DNA from: an uncultured Marinoscillum sp.
GTDB taxonomy: Bacteria; Bacteroidota; Bacteroidia; Cytophagales; MED-G16
Assembly (NCBI GenBank): GCA_902523065.1
Contig: CABYXZ010000001.1
Coordinates: 263,540 to 327,539 of the forward strand
Direction of reading: 5' to 3'
DNA: 64,000 bases
The notes under the pieces are model-generated. The model made no database searches and had not been told where the DNA came from. It worked only from the letters and a program-made list of their open reading frames with translations. Positions 19,406-29,000 of the stretch are shown here, piece after piece (the first letter of the stretch is position 1; every line of letters starts with the position of its first letter). The translations under genes were made by a program, and so were the position numbers.

Positions 19406-20053
19406 ATGAAAAATTCAGAAATAATAAAAAAATCAAAATCATTATTGAAAAGTAATTATGGAAAAGTTATGTTTCCATACTTCATTACAGGTTTTACTGT
19501 TGTACTTTTTAGTAATATTCAAGATCTATTTATATACATATTAAATATCGCTGAAGTAGAATCTGAAATAGCATTTCAAATTACTGGAATAGTTTCACCG
19601 ATTATTACTTTAATTGTATCTTCATGCTTAGGCATCGGTCTTGCTTCATTTTCAATATCTATAGCAAATAAACAAGAAATTAGATCTAATAAAATTTTTG
19701 AAGGTTTTAAAATAATCCCTAAGGCAACATTAATTGGATCAATTGTATTTATAATAATTTTAATTGGACTTGGCTTGCTAATAATACCTGGATTAATCCT
19801 ATCGCTTATGTGTAGCCAGGTCTATTATATAGCTTTGAAAAATCCAGATTTAGGAGTAATCGAAGTATTTAAAAAAAGTTTTAAGCTAATGAAGGGAAAT
19901 AAATGGCAACTATTTCTTCTAAATCTAAGATATACCCTATTTTTTCTCTTAAGTTTTTTCACATTGTTTATATGGGCTCTTTGGTTGATACCACAGTTTC
20001 ATGTGGCAAACGCTTTATTCCATGAAAAAATTAGTAACGAATATACAGACTAA
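19406..20053 (+). CDS. DUF975-like integral membrane protein
   Basis: 215 aa with 5-6 TM segments and an N-terminal 'K..LKSNYGK' pattern seen in DUF975 proteins. Memory-based assignment. Confidence 0.5.
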   Translation: MKNSEIIKKSKSLLKSNYGKVMFPYFITGFTVVLFSNIQDLFIYILNIAEVESEIAFQITGIVSPIITLIVSSCLGIGLASFSISIANKQEIRSNKIFEGFKIIPKATLIGSIVFIIILIGLGLLIIPGLILSLMCSQVYYIALKNPDLGVIEVFKKSFKLMKGNKWQLFLLNLRYTLFFLLSFFTLFIWALWLIPQFHVANALFHEKISNEYTD

Positions 20054-20057
20054 GTTG

Positions 20058-20131
20058 CGCCTTCTCTAGGACTCGAACCTAGGACCAATAGATTAACAGT
20101 CTACTGCTCTAACCAACTGAGCTAAGAAGGC
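20058..20131 (-). tRNA. tRNA-Asn (anticodon GTT)
   Basis: The 74-nt cloverleaf folds by hand: acceptor GCCTTCT/AGAAGGC, D-stem GCTC/GAGC, anticodon stem GTAGA/TCTAT with loop CTGTTAA, T-stem CTAGG/CCTAG with loop TTCGAGT, discriminator G. CCA is not encoded. Confidence 0.95.
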
Positions 20132-20335
20132 GTTAGGATTGCAATATTAAATTTTCGATATCAAATGTGCAATAATATTTTAAAAATAAAAAATAAATAG
20201 AAATTGTGTCAAATTGGCATCTTTTTAAATTATAATTATCAAAACATGACAATATGACATATAATTTGTCTGTTTTTACAAATGGTATAATTTTTTCAAT
20301 AGTATAAATTGATTTTAATTTAAATTTTTTAATAA

Positions 20336-20752
20336 ATGAGACACTTAATTTTAAGACCATCAAACAGCTATGTTAGACCATTTATGTTTGATAATTTTTT
20401 TGATAACTTTTTTGATAACGGACTTGATAATGATTTTTCACCAAAAGTTGATATTGTCGAGACAGAAAAATCTTTTGACTTCAATGTGGCTGTGCCAGGC
20501 ATGAAAAAAGAAGATTTAAATATTGAAATTGACAAGGGATACTTAACTGTATCAGGAGAGAGAAAGGTAAACGATTCGAAGAATAATTACCACTCTATTG
20601 AAACAGGTTATGGTAAATTTTCAAGATCTTTTCAATTACCTGAAAACATTAATGAAGATAAAATTAATGCTAAACATCAAGACGGTATCTTGAGCATATC
20701 GGTAATGAAAGATCCAAAATCGATAGTAAAGAAAACAATACAGATCAAATAA
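20336..20752 (+). CDS. Hsp20/alpha-crystallin family small heat-shock protein
   Basis: Alpha-crystallin domain motifs 'PKVDIVETEKSFDFNVAVPGMKKEDLNIEI', 'GYGKFSRSFQLPENI' and 'AKHQDGILSISV'. Confidence 0.85.
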   Translation: MRHLILRPSNSYVRPFMFDNFFDNFFDNGLDNDFSPKVDIVETEKSFDFNVAVPGMKKEDLNIEIDKGYLTVSGERKVNDSKNNYHSIETGYGKFSRSFQLPENINEDKINAKHQDGILSISVMKDPKSIVKKTIQIK

Positions 20753-20776
20753 CACGTATTCATAATTGATCTATTT

Positions 20777-20803
20777 AAGGGTGAGTTTTCTCACCCTTTT
20801 TTT
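20777..20803 (+). terminator. rho-independent terminator after the sHSP gene
   Basis: GGGTGAG-TTTT-CTCACCC hairpin (20779-20796) followed by 7 T. Confidence 0.75.
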
Positions 20804-20858
20804 ATGTTAAACATTGTTAATTTGAATAATTACAAAACATTTATCTCGTTTGGAAGTA

Positions 20859-20866
20859 TAAATTTG
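20859..20866 (+). promoter_or_regulatory. possible Bacteroidota -7 promoter box (TAnnTTTG) for the htrA-like gene
   Basis: 'TAAATTTG' lies 20 nt upstream of the ATG at 20886. No convincing -33 TTTG at canonical spacing. Confidence 0.3.
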
Positions 20867-20885
20867 TAAGAATAAAATTATTACG

Positions 20886-22370
20886 ATGAAAGACCTTAAA
20901 AATATTATCTACGCAATTATATTTTCAACTATAGGTGGTGTTGTATCCATAACTGGTTACAACTACATGTACCCAAGAAATAACACAGTCGCTGAAATTA
21001 ATAACGACAAAATCAAATTCGCAAACTACATTTATGATACTACTGATGTAGTCGTTCCAGAGGGACTTAATTTTATTTACACCTCAAAAAAAACAACACC
21101 TGCAGTAGTTCATATCAGAACAACATACGAGGGAAGAACTTCTTCAATGAGAAGAAACCCATTTGAAGATATGTTTCGTGATTTTTTTGGAGAAAGATAT
21201 GAATACAGAGAAAGGGAAGCTCCTAAAAGAAGGGGATCAGGATCTGGAGTAATTATGACTAGCGATGGATATATACTAACTAATAACCACGTCGTAGAGG
21301 ATGCGAGTGAGATTGAGGTTTTACTTAACGACAACAGAACATTTAAGGCAGAAATTGAGGGCACAGACCCAACAACTGATATAGCTGTTCTTAAAATTGA
21401 TGCTGAAAATTTATCAACAGTTGAATTTGGAGATTCTGATGACTTAGAAATTGGTGAGTGGGTTCTAGCTGTAGGGTCACCTTTTGAATTCAGATCGACA
21501 GTTACTGCTGGTATTGTTAGTGCTAAAGCAAGAAATATTGGTATATTAAGAGACAGAAATAATTTGCAAATTGAAGCTTTCATACAACACCAAGCACCAG
21601 TGAACCCTGGAAATTCTGGTGGCGCTCTTGTAGATTTAAAAGGAAATTTGGTGGGAATCAATACAGCAATCGCTACACCAACCGGTACTTTTGCTGGTTA
21701 TTCCTTTGCGGTACCATCTAATCTTGTAAAAAAAGTATACAATGACTTAACTGAGTTTGGAGTTGTACAAAGGGCCTTACTAGGCATTACAATTTTAGAT
21801 GTAAATGCTCAGATGGCTGAAGAAAATGATTTGCCAGTTGTCACTGGTGTGATGATCGATAGAGTGAATGGTGGAGGAGCAGCAGATGATGCTGGCCTTG
21901 AGTCAGGTGATGTAATAATTGATATAAATGGTGTTGAAATTAAAAACGTTTCTAACCTACAAGAGCAGGTTGCTATTAACAGACCTGGAGATAAAATTCT
22001 TGTAACTTACATAAGAGATGGAAAAACAAAAACAACGAATGCTACACTAAAAAATACTTTAGGAACTACAGAGGTTGTTGCATCTACAAATTCATTCTCT
22101 ATTGACGGAGCAAAGTTTGCAGACGTACCAAAAGATCTGAAAGAGAAACTAGAGATCGAAGGAGGTGCACAAGTAGCTGAAATTGAAAATGGTAAATGGA
22201 AAAGCTCTGGAATTACAAAAGGGTTTATCGTTACGTCAATAAATAAAAGAGATATATCTGATGTAGAGGATCTTTCTTCAACACTATCACAGTTACCAAA
22301 AGATGATGGCGTTCTGGTTGAAGGTGTTTATCCTAATGGCGTCAAGGCTTATTACGGTATTGGTTGGTAA
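20886..22370 (+). CDS. htrA: Do/HtrA family periplasmic serine endopeptidase (trypsin-like domain + 2 PDZ)
   Basis: Catalytic triad contexts 'TNNHVV', 'DIAVLKI', 'GNSGGALVD'. Two PDZ-like C-terminal segments ('GLESGDVIIDINGVEI'). Confidence 0.9.
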   Translation: MKDLKNIIYAIIFSTIGGVVSITGYNYMYPRNNTVAEINNDKIKFANYIYDTTDVVVPEGLNFIYTSKKTTPAVVHIRTTYEGRTSSMRRNPFEDMFRDFFGERYEYREREAPKRRGSGSGVIMTSDGYILTNNHVVEDASEIEVLLNDNRTFKAEIEGTDPTTDIAVLKIDAENLSTVEFGDSDDLEIGEWVLAVGSPFEFRSTVTAGIVSAKARNIGILRDRNNLQIEAFIQHQAPVNPGNSGGALVDLKGNLVGINTAIATPTGTFAGYSFAVPSNLVKKVYNDLTEFGVVQRALLGITILDVNAQMAEENDLPVVTGVMIDRVNGGGAADDAGLESGDVIIDINGVEIKNVSNLQEQVAINRPGDKILVTYIRDGKTKTTNATLKNTLGTTEVVASTNSFSIDGAKFADVPKDLKEKLEIEGGAQVAEIENGKWKSSGITKGFIVTSINKRDISDVEDLSSTLSQLPKDDGVLVEGVYPNGVKAYYGIGW

Positions 22371-22393
22371 ATTAGTTTTACTTAAATTTAAAT

Positions 22394-22522
22394 ATGCTAA
22401 GGGTCCTTCTATTATCTGTTTTTATTTTATCAGGCTGTGGTTTTGAGGATAACCTACCTTGTAGGTCTGATGAGTGTGAAAATAATCCAGACGAATTACC
22501 AAAGTCTGAAGATGAAGGCTAA
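22394..22522 (+). CDS. small Cys-containing lipoprotein (42 aa), absent from the ORF track
   Basis: The ATG at 22394 gives MLRVLLLSVFILSGCGFEDNLPCRSDECENNPDELPKSEDEG*. Lipobox 'LSGC'. A hairpin follows immediately. Confidence 0.5.
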   Translation: MLRVLLLSVFILSGCGFEDNLPCRSDECENNPDELPKSEDEG

Positions 22523-22526
22523 AAAA

Positions 22527-22546
22527 AACCCTCACGAATGAGGGTT
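22527..22546 (+). terminator. hairpin after the small lipoprotein gene (weak terminator candidate)
   Basis: AACCCTCA-CGAA-TGAGGGTT perfect 8-bp stem. An A-run lies upstream but the downstream T tract is poor. Confidence 0.4.
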
Positions 22547-22605
22547 ATATAGTAAACCAAACCATTAAGATATATTCATAACGGGTCAACTTTATTTTTG
22601 TTACG

Positions 22606-22797
22606 ATGTCGACTAAAGAATTTGTGATTAAAGACGATAATGGTAGAATATATCATCCTGAAAATCTAAATGAATTCAAAAATCATATTAAAAAATATCA
22701 TACGGTAGATGGTGTTGGTGATAATAGTTTGCACATTGAAGGTGGGAGATTTTTTACAATAAGTAAAACTTTCTATGAAAACTTAATGAAAGTTTAA
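22606..22797 (+). CDS. hypothetical protein (63 aa)
   Basis: ORF only. Hydrophilic with no recognisable motif. Confidence 0.3.
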   Translation: MSTKEFVIKDDNGRIYHPENLNEFKNHIKKYHTVDGVGDNSLHIEGGRFFTISKTFYENLMKV

Positions 22798-22905
22798 TTT
22801 TTCTTAAACCTTTAATAACACACAAAATCGGCTTTATCTCTTCTAATTATTGGCTTTTTTAAGAAAAAAAAATTAAATTATACCCCTTAATAAAAACCAA
22901 TTACC

Positions 22906-24468
22906 ATGAAAAACATTTATTTAATTTTAATAACACTATTTTTATTATCCTGCGGTGGAGGCTCTGAAAATGCTGGACTTCCAGACATCACTATAACTAC
23001 CAAATCAAGTGAAGCCAAAGAAGCATATCTAAAAGCTTTGGATCTATTTGATCTAAGAAGACAATCAACAAATGAAGAGAGAAAAAGTCTGCTAAATAAG
23101 GCTATAACTCTTGACCCAGATTTTTTATTGGCTAAAGCTACATTATACTCATTTACGGGAACTGACTATAATAATAAAATCTTAAAGGAGGTTTATGATG
23201 AAAGAGAAAATGTTAGTGATATGGAAGCTAAAATTATAGAGTTTTTCTATAATGATAGAACGAATAGAGACAGAGAAGTTTCGACATATAATATTTCTAT
23301 GCTAACTGAAGAATATCCCGAATTATGGAGATTATGGTACTGGGCAGGACTTGTAAAATCTGGTAATCCAAGTTTAATTTATGATGCAATCGATGATTTA
23401 GAGACAGCCTTGGAAATTAATCCTAATCATTTTGGTACAAAGCTAATGTTAATCGCTAAACATCTTCAGTTTGGAGGGTTTGGGAATTTACTTCCAAATG
23501 ATGAAATCGATCTTGAATACCTTAAAACAATGATTGATGACGTTGAGTTAAATCACTCTGATAATGCATACACTCACGTTGTTGTGGGTAATTATCACAG
23601 AACATTAGGTGACTTTGATAATGCTTTAATCAGTTATAAAAAACTAGAAGGCTTTCAAGACCAAGGAATTTTTAACTTATATACTGCCAATCATTATGCT
23701 GCTCTTGCGAATACATTTAAAGGCGACTTTGACCAAGCGGAATCATTTTTTAGAAAAAATGTTGAATTAGGAAATCAGTTTAATGCATATACTTGGCTGC
23801 CTCAAATGTTTTTATTTAATAATGATTTTAAATCAGCTATTGATGTTTTGGGTGAGTTTGAAGATAATTTAATATCCATGGAATACCCTGCACAACAAGA
23901 GTTAAATCAAGTTGTCAACATAAATAGGTTAAAATTTATTTGTCATGCACACAATAAAGATAAAGATGAGTCTTTGAAGCATATTGAACTCCTTAAAGAT
24001 GCTCAAATTAATTCTATAAATCTTAGAAAAAATAGGTTGACTCAGATTGAATATAAAAATCAAGTTGATTTTGCTAATTATACAAATGAGACGTATTTAA
24101 TATGGCACGATATACTATTTGGAAATTATCAGGATGCTTCTTCAAAACTTAAAATATATGAAAGAACAAGTAAATCAATTGATAGACCTGATAATCTTCA
24201 CAACTTCTATGTTTTGAATGCAATGTTAGAGCTTAAAATGAATAACCCTGAAAAATCTATTGAATTTTTCAATAAGACTAATAAATTCTATGGATTTGGT
24301 GACCAAATACCTTTAAATGATGACTATTATACATATTATAAAGGTCTTGCTCTAAAATCATCAGGGGATATTGAGGGCGGTAAAAAACTATTTGAGGAAA
24401 TTTCATCAAAAAACTTTTATGGAATTCAGCCTGCTCTAGTTAGAAATCTTGCAATTGCAGAACTATAA
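22906..24468 (+). CDS. TPR-like helical-repeat lipoprotein, paralog 1
   Basis: Lipobox 'LLSCGGG'. All-helical repeat character. Collinear with the next gene over its full length (shared blocks 'VSDMEAKIIEFFYN', 'EYPELWRLWYW', 'IDDLETALEINPNHFGTKL', 'LIWHDILFGNY', 'ALVRNLAIA'). Confidence 0.7.
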   Translation: MKNIYLILITLFLLSCGGGSENAGLPDITITTKSSEAKEAYLKALDLFDLRRQSTNEERKSLLNKAITLDPDFLLAKATLYSFTGTDYNNKILKEVYDERENVSDMEAKIIEFFYNDRTNRDREVSTYNISMLTEEYPELWRLWYWAGLVKSGNPSLIYDAIDDLETALEINPNHFGTKLMLIAKHLQFGGFGNLLPNDEIDLEYLKTMIDDVELNHSDNAYTHVVVGNYHRTLGDFDNALISYKKLEGFQDQGIFNLYTANHYAALANTFKGDFDQAESFFRKNVELGNQFNAYTWLPQMFLFNNDFKSAIDVLGEFEDNLISMEYPAQQELNQVVNINRLKFICHAHNKDKDESLKHIELLKDAQINSINLRKNRLTQIEYKNQVDFANYTNETYLIWHDILFGNYQDASSKLKIYERTSKSIDRPDNLHNFYVLNAMLELKMNNPEKSIEFFNKTNKFYGFGDQIPLNDDYYTYYKGLALKSSGDIEGGKKLFEEISSKNFYGIQPALVRNLAIAEL

Positions 24469-24496
24469 TTTCTTTTAATTCTTAATTTTAAATAAA

Positions 24497-26044
24497 ATGA
24501 AAAACTATTTTTTAATTCTAATTTCAATAATAACAATTAGCTGTGGTGGTGGAAATGAAAAACTTAATCTACCAGATATAACAATTACAACTAATTCAGA
24601 GGAGGCTAAGAACGCATTTCTTGATGCAATGTATAATTTTGAAACTAGAGGTAGTAACGAACAAAGAAGAACTCTCTTAAATCAAGCTATAACAATTGAC
24701 CCTGACTTTCTTTTAGCAAAAGCTGCTTTATACTCATTTGTTGGAACTGAATTTAATAACTCAGTTTTGGAGTCAGTTTATGAAGAAAGAAATAAAGTTA
24801 GTGATATGGAAGCAAAAATTATTGAATTCTTTTATAATCGCAGGACTAGTAATGATCCTGAGATTGCATCATACAATATAACAATGCTTACAGATGAATA
24901 CCCTGAATTGTGGAGACTGTGGTACTGGTCAGGTCATACTAAATCTAGAAACTACAGTGAAATTTATGAAGCAATTGATGATTTAGAGACAGCACTAGAA
25001 ATTAATCCTAATCATTTTGGAACAAAATTGGAGTTAATTACAAAGCACCTTCAAGTTGGCCAATTTGGATTCCAATTACCTTCAGATGAAATTGATATGG
25101 ATTATCTTGAAACTATGGTTTACGATCTTGAAAAAACAAATCCTGATTTAGGTTTCACTTATGTAATATTAGGCAACTATAACAGAGCTGTTAGTAATTT
25201 TGATGAAGCCATTAAGTATTACGCTAAACTGGAACAGTACCAGGATCAAGGAATTGAATTTTTAAATCAGTCAATATTTTATAGGGCTTTAGTAAATACT
25301 TTCAGAGGTGATTATGATGAAGCTTTAAAATTTTTCAGAAGACATTTAGAACTAGGAAATAACTCTTATACATGGATATCTCAAATGTATCTCTTTAAAA
25401 ATGATTTTGAAGGAGCTATTGATATTTTAAATGAATTTGAGGAAAACCTAGTTTCACTCGAACTACCTGCACAACAGGAACTTAATGCATTGGTTAATAT
25501 TAATAGAGCCAAATTTTTATGTTATGCTCATAATCAGGTTGAGGATGAATCATTTCAACACATTAGACTTACTAAAGAGGCTCAAATAAATGCCATCAAT
25601 TTAAGAAAAAATAGAATACCTGATAATGTATACAATGAACAAATTCAAATTGCTAATTATGTTGAAAGTACAAACCTAATTTGGCACGATATACTCTTTG
25701 GTAATTATGATGAAGCAAAAAATAAATTAATTGGTTATAAAGATGAAAGTGAAAAAATTAATAGACCAAATAATATGCATAATTTTTATGTACTTAACGC
25801 GCTTGCTGATCTGAATCTTGGTGATCCAGAAAGTTCAATTAAAAATTTTAATTTAACAACAGAAAATAATGGTTTTCCAGGAATTCCATTGGATAGTGAC
25901 TATTATACTTACTTCAAAGCTTTAGCATTAAAAGCTAATGGTGAAACAGAAGAAAGTAATGCTCTATTTGACGAAATTGCTACAAATAATTTTTTTGGAT
26001 TTCAACGTGCACTTGTTAGAAACCTAGCAATAGCACAGTTGTAA
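24497..26044 (+). CDS. TPR-like helical-repeat lipoprotein, paralog 2
   Basis: Lipobox 'ITISCGGG'. Full-length paralog of 22906..24468, lying 28 nt downstream of it and 17 nt upstream of the sensor phosphatase gene. Confidence 0.7.
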   Translation: MKNYFLILISIITISCGGGNEKLNLPDITITTNSEEAKNAFLDAMYNFETRGSNEQRRTLLNQAITIDPDFLLAKAALYSFVGTEFNNSVLESVYEERNKVSDMEAKIIEFFYNRRTSNDPEIASYNITMLTDEYPELWRLWYWSGHTKSRNYSEIYEAIDDLETALEINPNHFGTKLELITKHLQVGQFGFQLPSDEIDMDYLETMVYDLEKTNPDLGFTYVILGNYNRAVSNFDEAIKYYAKLEQYQDQGIEFLNQSIFYRALVNTFRGDYDEALKFFRRHLELGNNSYTWISQMYLFKNDFEGAIDILNEFEENLVSLELPAQQELNALVNINRAKFLCYAHNQVEDESFQHIRLTKEAQINAINLRKNRIPDNVYNEQIQIANYVESTNLIWHDILFGNYDEAKNKLIGYKDESEKINRPNNMHNFYVLNALADLNLGDPESSIKNFNLTTENNGFPGIPLDSDYYTYFKALALKANGETEESNALFDEIATNNFFGFQRALVRNLAIAQL

Positions 26045-26061
26045 AAATCACTTGAGTAAAT

Positions 26062-29000
26062 ATGATAATTAGGCTCACTATTTTTTTATTTTTTTTATTA
26101 TCGTTTAAATCAAATTCACAGGATGGCCTAGTATTTAGAAAGATTGAAATACCAAATCTCCTGACAGAAAATATTAATTCTATTTTTGTTGATAACAGAG
26201 GATTTAATTGGATAAGTACAGAAGAGGGTCTGGTAAGGTACGATGGAATAAATAGTACTTTCTTCAGATCAAATCCCTTTGACGAAAATACCATTTCAGA
26301 TAATTCTATTAAAAATGTTTTTCAAGCTGACTCAGATGGAGTATTTATCTCAACTCAGACAGGTCTGGATTATTTTGATTACAATAAACTTTTATTTAAA
26401 AGGATTGAGTCAAGTGCTACACCAACTTCTAATTACAAATTTTCTAATTTTCTCTTTACATCAACAGAAAACCAAGGTCTATTTATTTATGATCTCAAAA
26501 AAGACACAATAATTGAAAATTTAAAATTTGATCCCCGGAACCCTTTATCAATATCCTCATCCAATTTTAGTTCAAATCAAAATGATAATATAATCCTAAT
26601 TGCTGAAAAAGAGCGTGATAGCACTCTTTGGATTGGTACAACTAATGGTTTAAATAACTATAATCTGAAAACAAAATCTAATAAAAGATTTTATAAGGAT
26701 AATTCTAGAGAAAGCATTTCATCAAATTTTATTTATGACCTATACTCATTTGATAGTTTATTATTTGTTGGAACAGATCAAGGTTTATCAACAATTAACA
26801 GAAATAACAATTCAATTAATGAAATTGACTTTTTAAAAAATTCTCAGGTTTACAATATTTTCGAAATAAGTGGAAACTTATGTTTTCATACCTCAAAAGG
26901 GATTTATAAACTAAAAAACCTGTTCACTAACTCATTTGAAGAAATATATAGTGGAAAACAATTAAATCTTAAGGTAATAAATAATAATGAATTTGTAGTT
27001 TGGAATACTTTATCAAAAATTGATAGAATATTTTATTACAATGATAAATTTCAAACTCAATTATTAAGCAATGGATCAAGTCAGAAAATAAATGACATAA
27101 ATAATTTTAAAGGTGCTTATTATATTTCTACAAATGAAGGAATAAATAAAATAACAGAGGATCTCAAAAATATATCTAAAGTCTATAAAAGAAATGAGAA
27201 TATAATAGCTGTAAAAGAAAATGATTTTTTTAGAGTTATTATGACTGATAAATTCCTTTTGGTATATGAGGAGGAAGAAGTTGTATTTTCATTTGAACTT
27301 GATATTATCCTTAAAGATCAAGATAGATCTAATCCAGTAATTTTCTTAGACGAAGATGAATATCTATATGTTGGAACTAATAAATTAAATGTTATAGATC
27401 TGTATGAAGAAGATGATATTAGAGTTTATGAAACATCAGCTGGTTTTAATTCTATACTCGAGGGATACATTAATAATTTAGAAATTATTACTAGAAATAA
27501 CGTAAAAGAATTATGGATATCACTAAATACTGGTATTTCAATATTTAATATAGAGCAAGATAGATTTGAAAATTTTAAATTCAATCAAAGAAGTTCACGA
27601 AACAGATTTCCAGAAGGTTTTTCATCCATTTTATTATCCAGAAATAATGAATTATGGATGACTAATTCTGTATCAGGTTTGTACAAATATGAAATTGAGA
27701 ATCTTGATTTAATAAAGCATTATATATTTGATATTAATGATAAAACAAGTATAACAAGTTCATCAATTACTAGTATATCAGAATATAATGATGAAATATA
27801 CGTAGGTTCAAAAGGTGATGGGGTTTTTGTCTATTCAAATGACTCAATTGGATTTCAAAATATTAATACAGAAAATGGGCTTTTATCTAATAATATTATC
27901 TCTTTTCTAAAAACCTATCAATTTTTATTTATACTAACAGATAGAGGAATCAACTATTTTGACTTTGAAGTAATCTCCTCTTTAACTGATGGTAATAACA
28001 ATAATTTAAGAAATATAAATAATGACGACGGGCTTGATATTAATGGTATAATTAATAGTGGCATTACATTTTACAATGACTTTGTTTACTTATTCACAAA
28101 CGATGAGATCCAGAAAATTGATCTTTATAATTTATTTGAAGACAACGAAAGTCCGATAATTAATCTAACAGAATCGGAATATATTGATCAAAATTTTGAT
28201 AGAAAAAGATACGACATAACTGAAAGTAAAATTAATCTATCCTCGGATATCTCTAACATTGAATTAAGTCTATCTTCTCCATCCTTCTATAAACCACAAA
28301 GCTCCCAAATATTTTATAAGATTGAGGAGCTTAATGATCAATGGATAAATCTCGGAAATGAAAGAAAATTGATAATTCAAAGTTCTGGTTACTCAAATAG
28401 TTTTGTTAATGACAATAAAATTCTTGCACCTTATGGAGAATATAATCTAAGAATAAAGTCCACAAATAGCTCCGGAATAGAAAGCTCAAACCAATTAGAA
28501 TATAATTTATCAGTAACACCACCATGGTACTTAACCACAATTGCTTTCATATCTTATTTTTTAATTATAGTAGGTAGTATTTTCACCTATGTTAGGTTTA
28601 GCCAAGGTAGAACAAGGAGATTAATGGAAGAGAAAAGAAAAGAAGAAGAGTTAGAAGAAGCTCATAATTTACAGATGGGACTTCTTGCAAAAGAAAATCC
28701 CAAAAGAGAAGATCTTGATATTAGTACATTTATTAGATGTGCAACTGAAGTTGGAGGTGACTATTATGATTTTATTGAATTTGAAGATGGAAGCTTATTA
28801 GCTATTTGCGGTGATGCCACAGGGCACGGTACTGCATCTGGAATGATGGTATCAATAACAAAAGCAGGACTACTTGGAATTGACTCAAATGATCCAAATT
28901 TTATTTTAAAAACATTAAATAAAATAATTAAAAAAGTAGATATAGGAAGATTAAGAATGAGCTTAAATCTTGTACATTTTCAAAATGGAAGTATAAAAAT

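Larger units (their letters stand above)
22906..26044 (+). repeat. tandem gene duplication (two ~1.55-kb diverged copies)
   Basis: The two lipoprotein genes align end to end. Some nucleotide stretches are nearly identical (e.g. around 'gatgatttagagacagc..gaaattaatcctaatcattttgg'). Confidence 0.8.

Noticed and set aside
20054-20140. tRNA-Asn as an integration site for a genomic island
   Set aside because: I could not find a direct repeat of the tRNA 3' half elsewhere in the window, and no integrase flanks it. The gene next to the tRNA 3' end (DUF975-like) looks like ordinary chromosome.
20133-20363. 76-aa minus-strand ORF between tRNA-Asn and the sHSP gene
   Set aside because: It occupies the AT-rich promoter region of the sHSP gene, abuts the tRNA and overlaps the sHSP start. 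The sequence is low-complexity with no motifs, so it is most likely non-coding.
20387-20437. Short tandem DNA repeat 'tttgataa(t/c)ttt' encoding FDNFFDNFFDNGLDNDF
   Set aside because: It lies in the N-terminal arm of the sHSP, a region that is characteristically Phe/Asp-rich and repetitive in small heat-shock proteins. No independent function is needed to explain it.
26016-26294. 92-aa minus-strand ORF bridging the lipoprotein-2 / sensor-phosphatase junction
   Set aside because: It is antisense to two well-supported genes and to their 17-nt spacer. It has no motifs, so I treat it as spurious.
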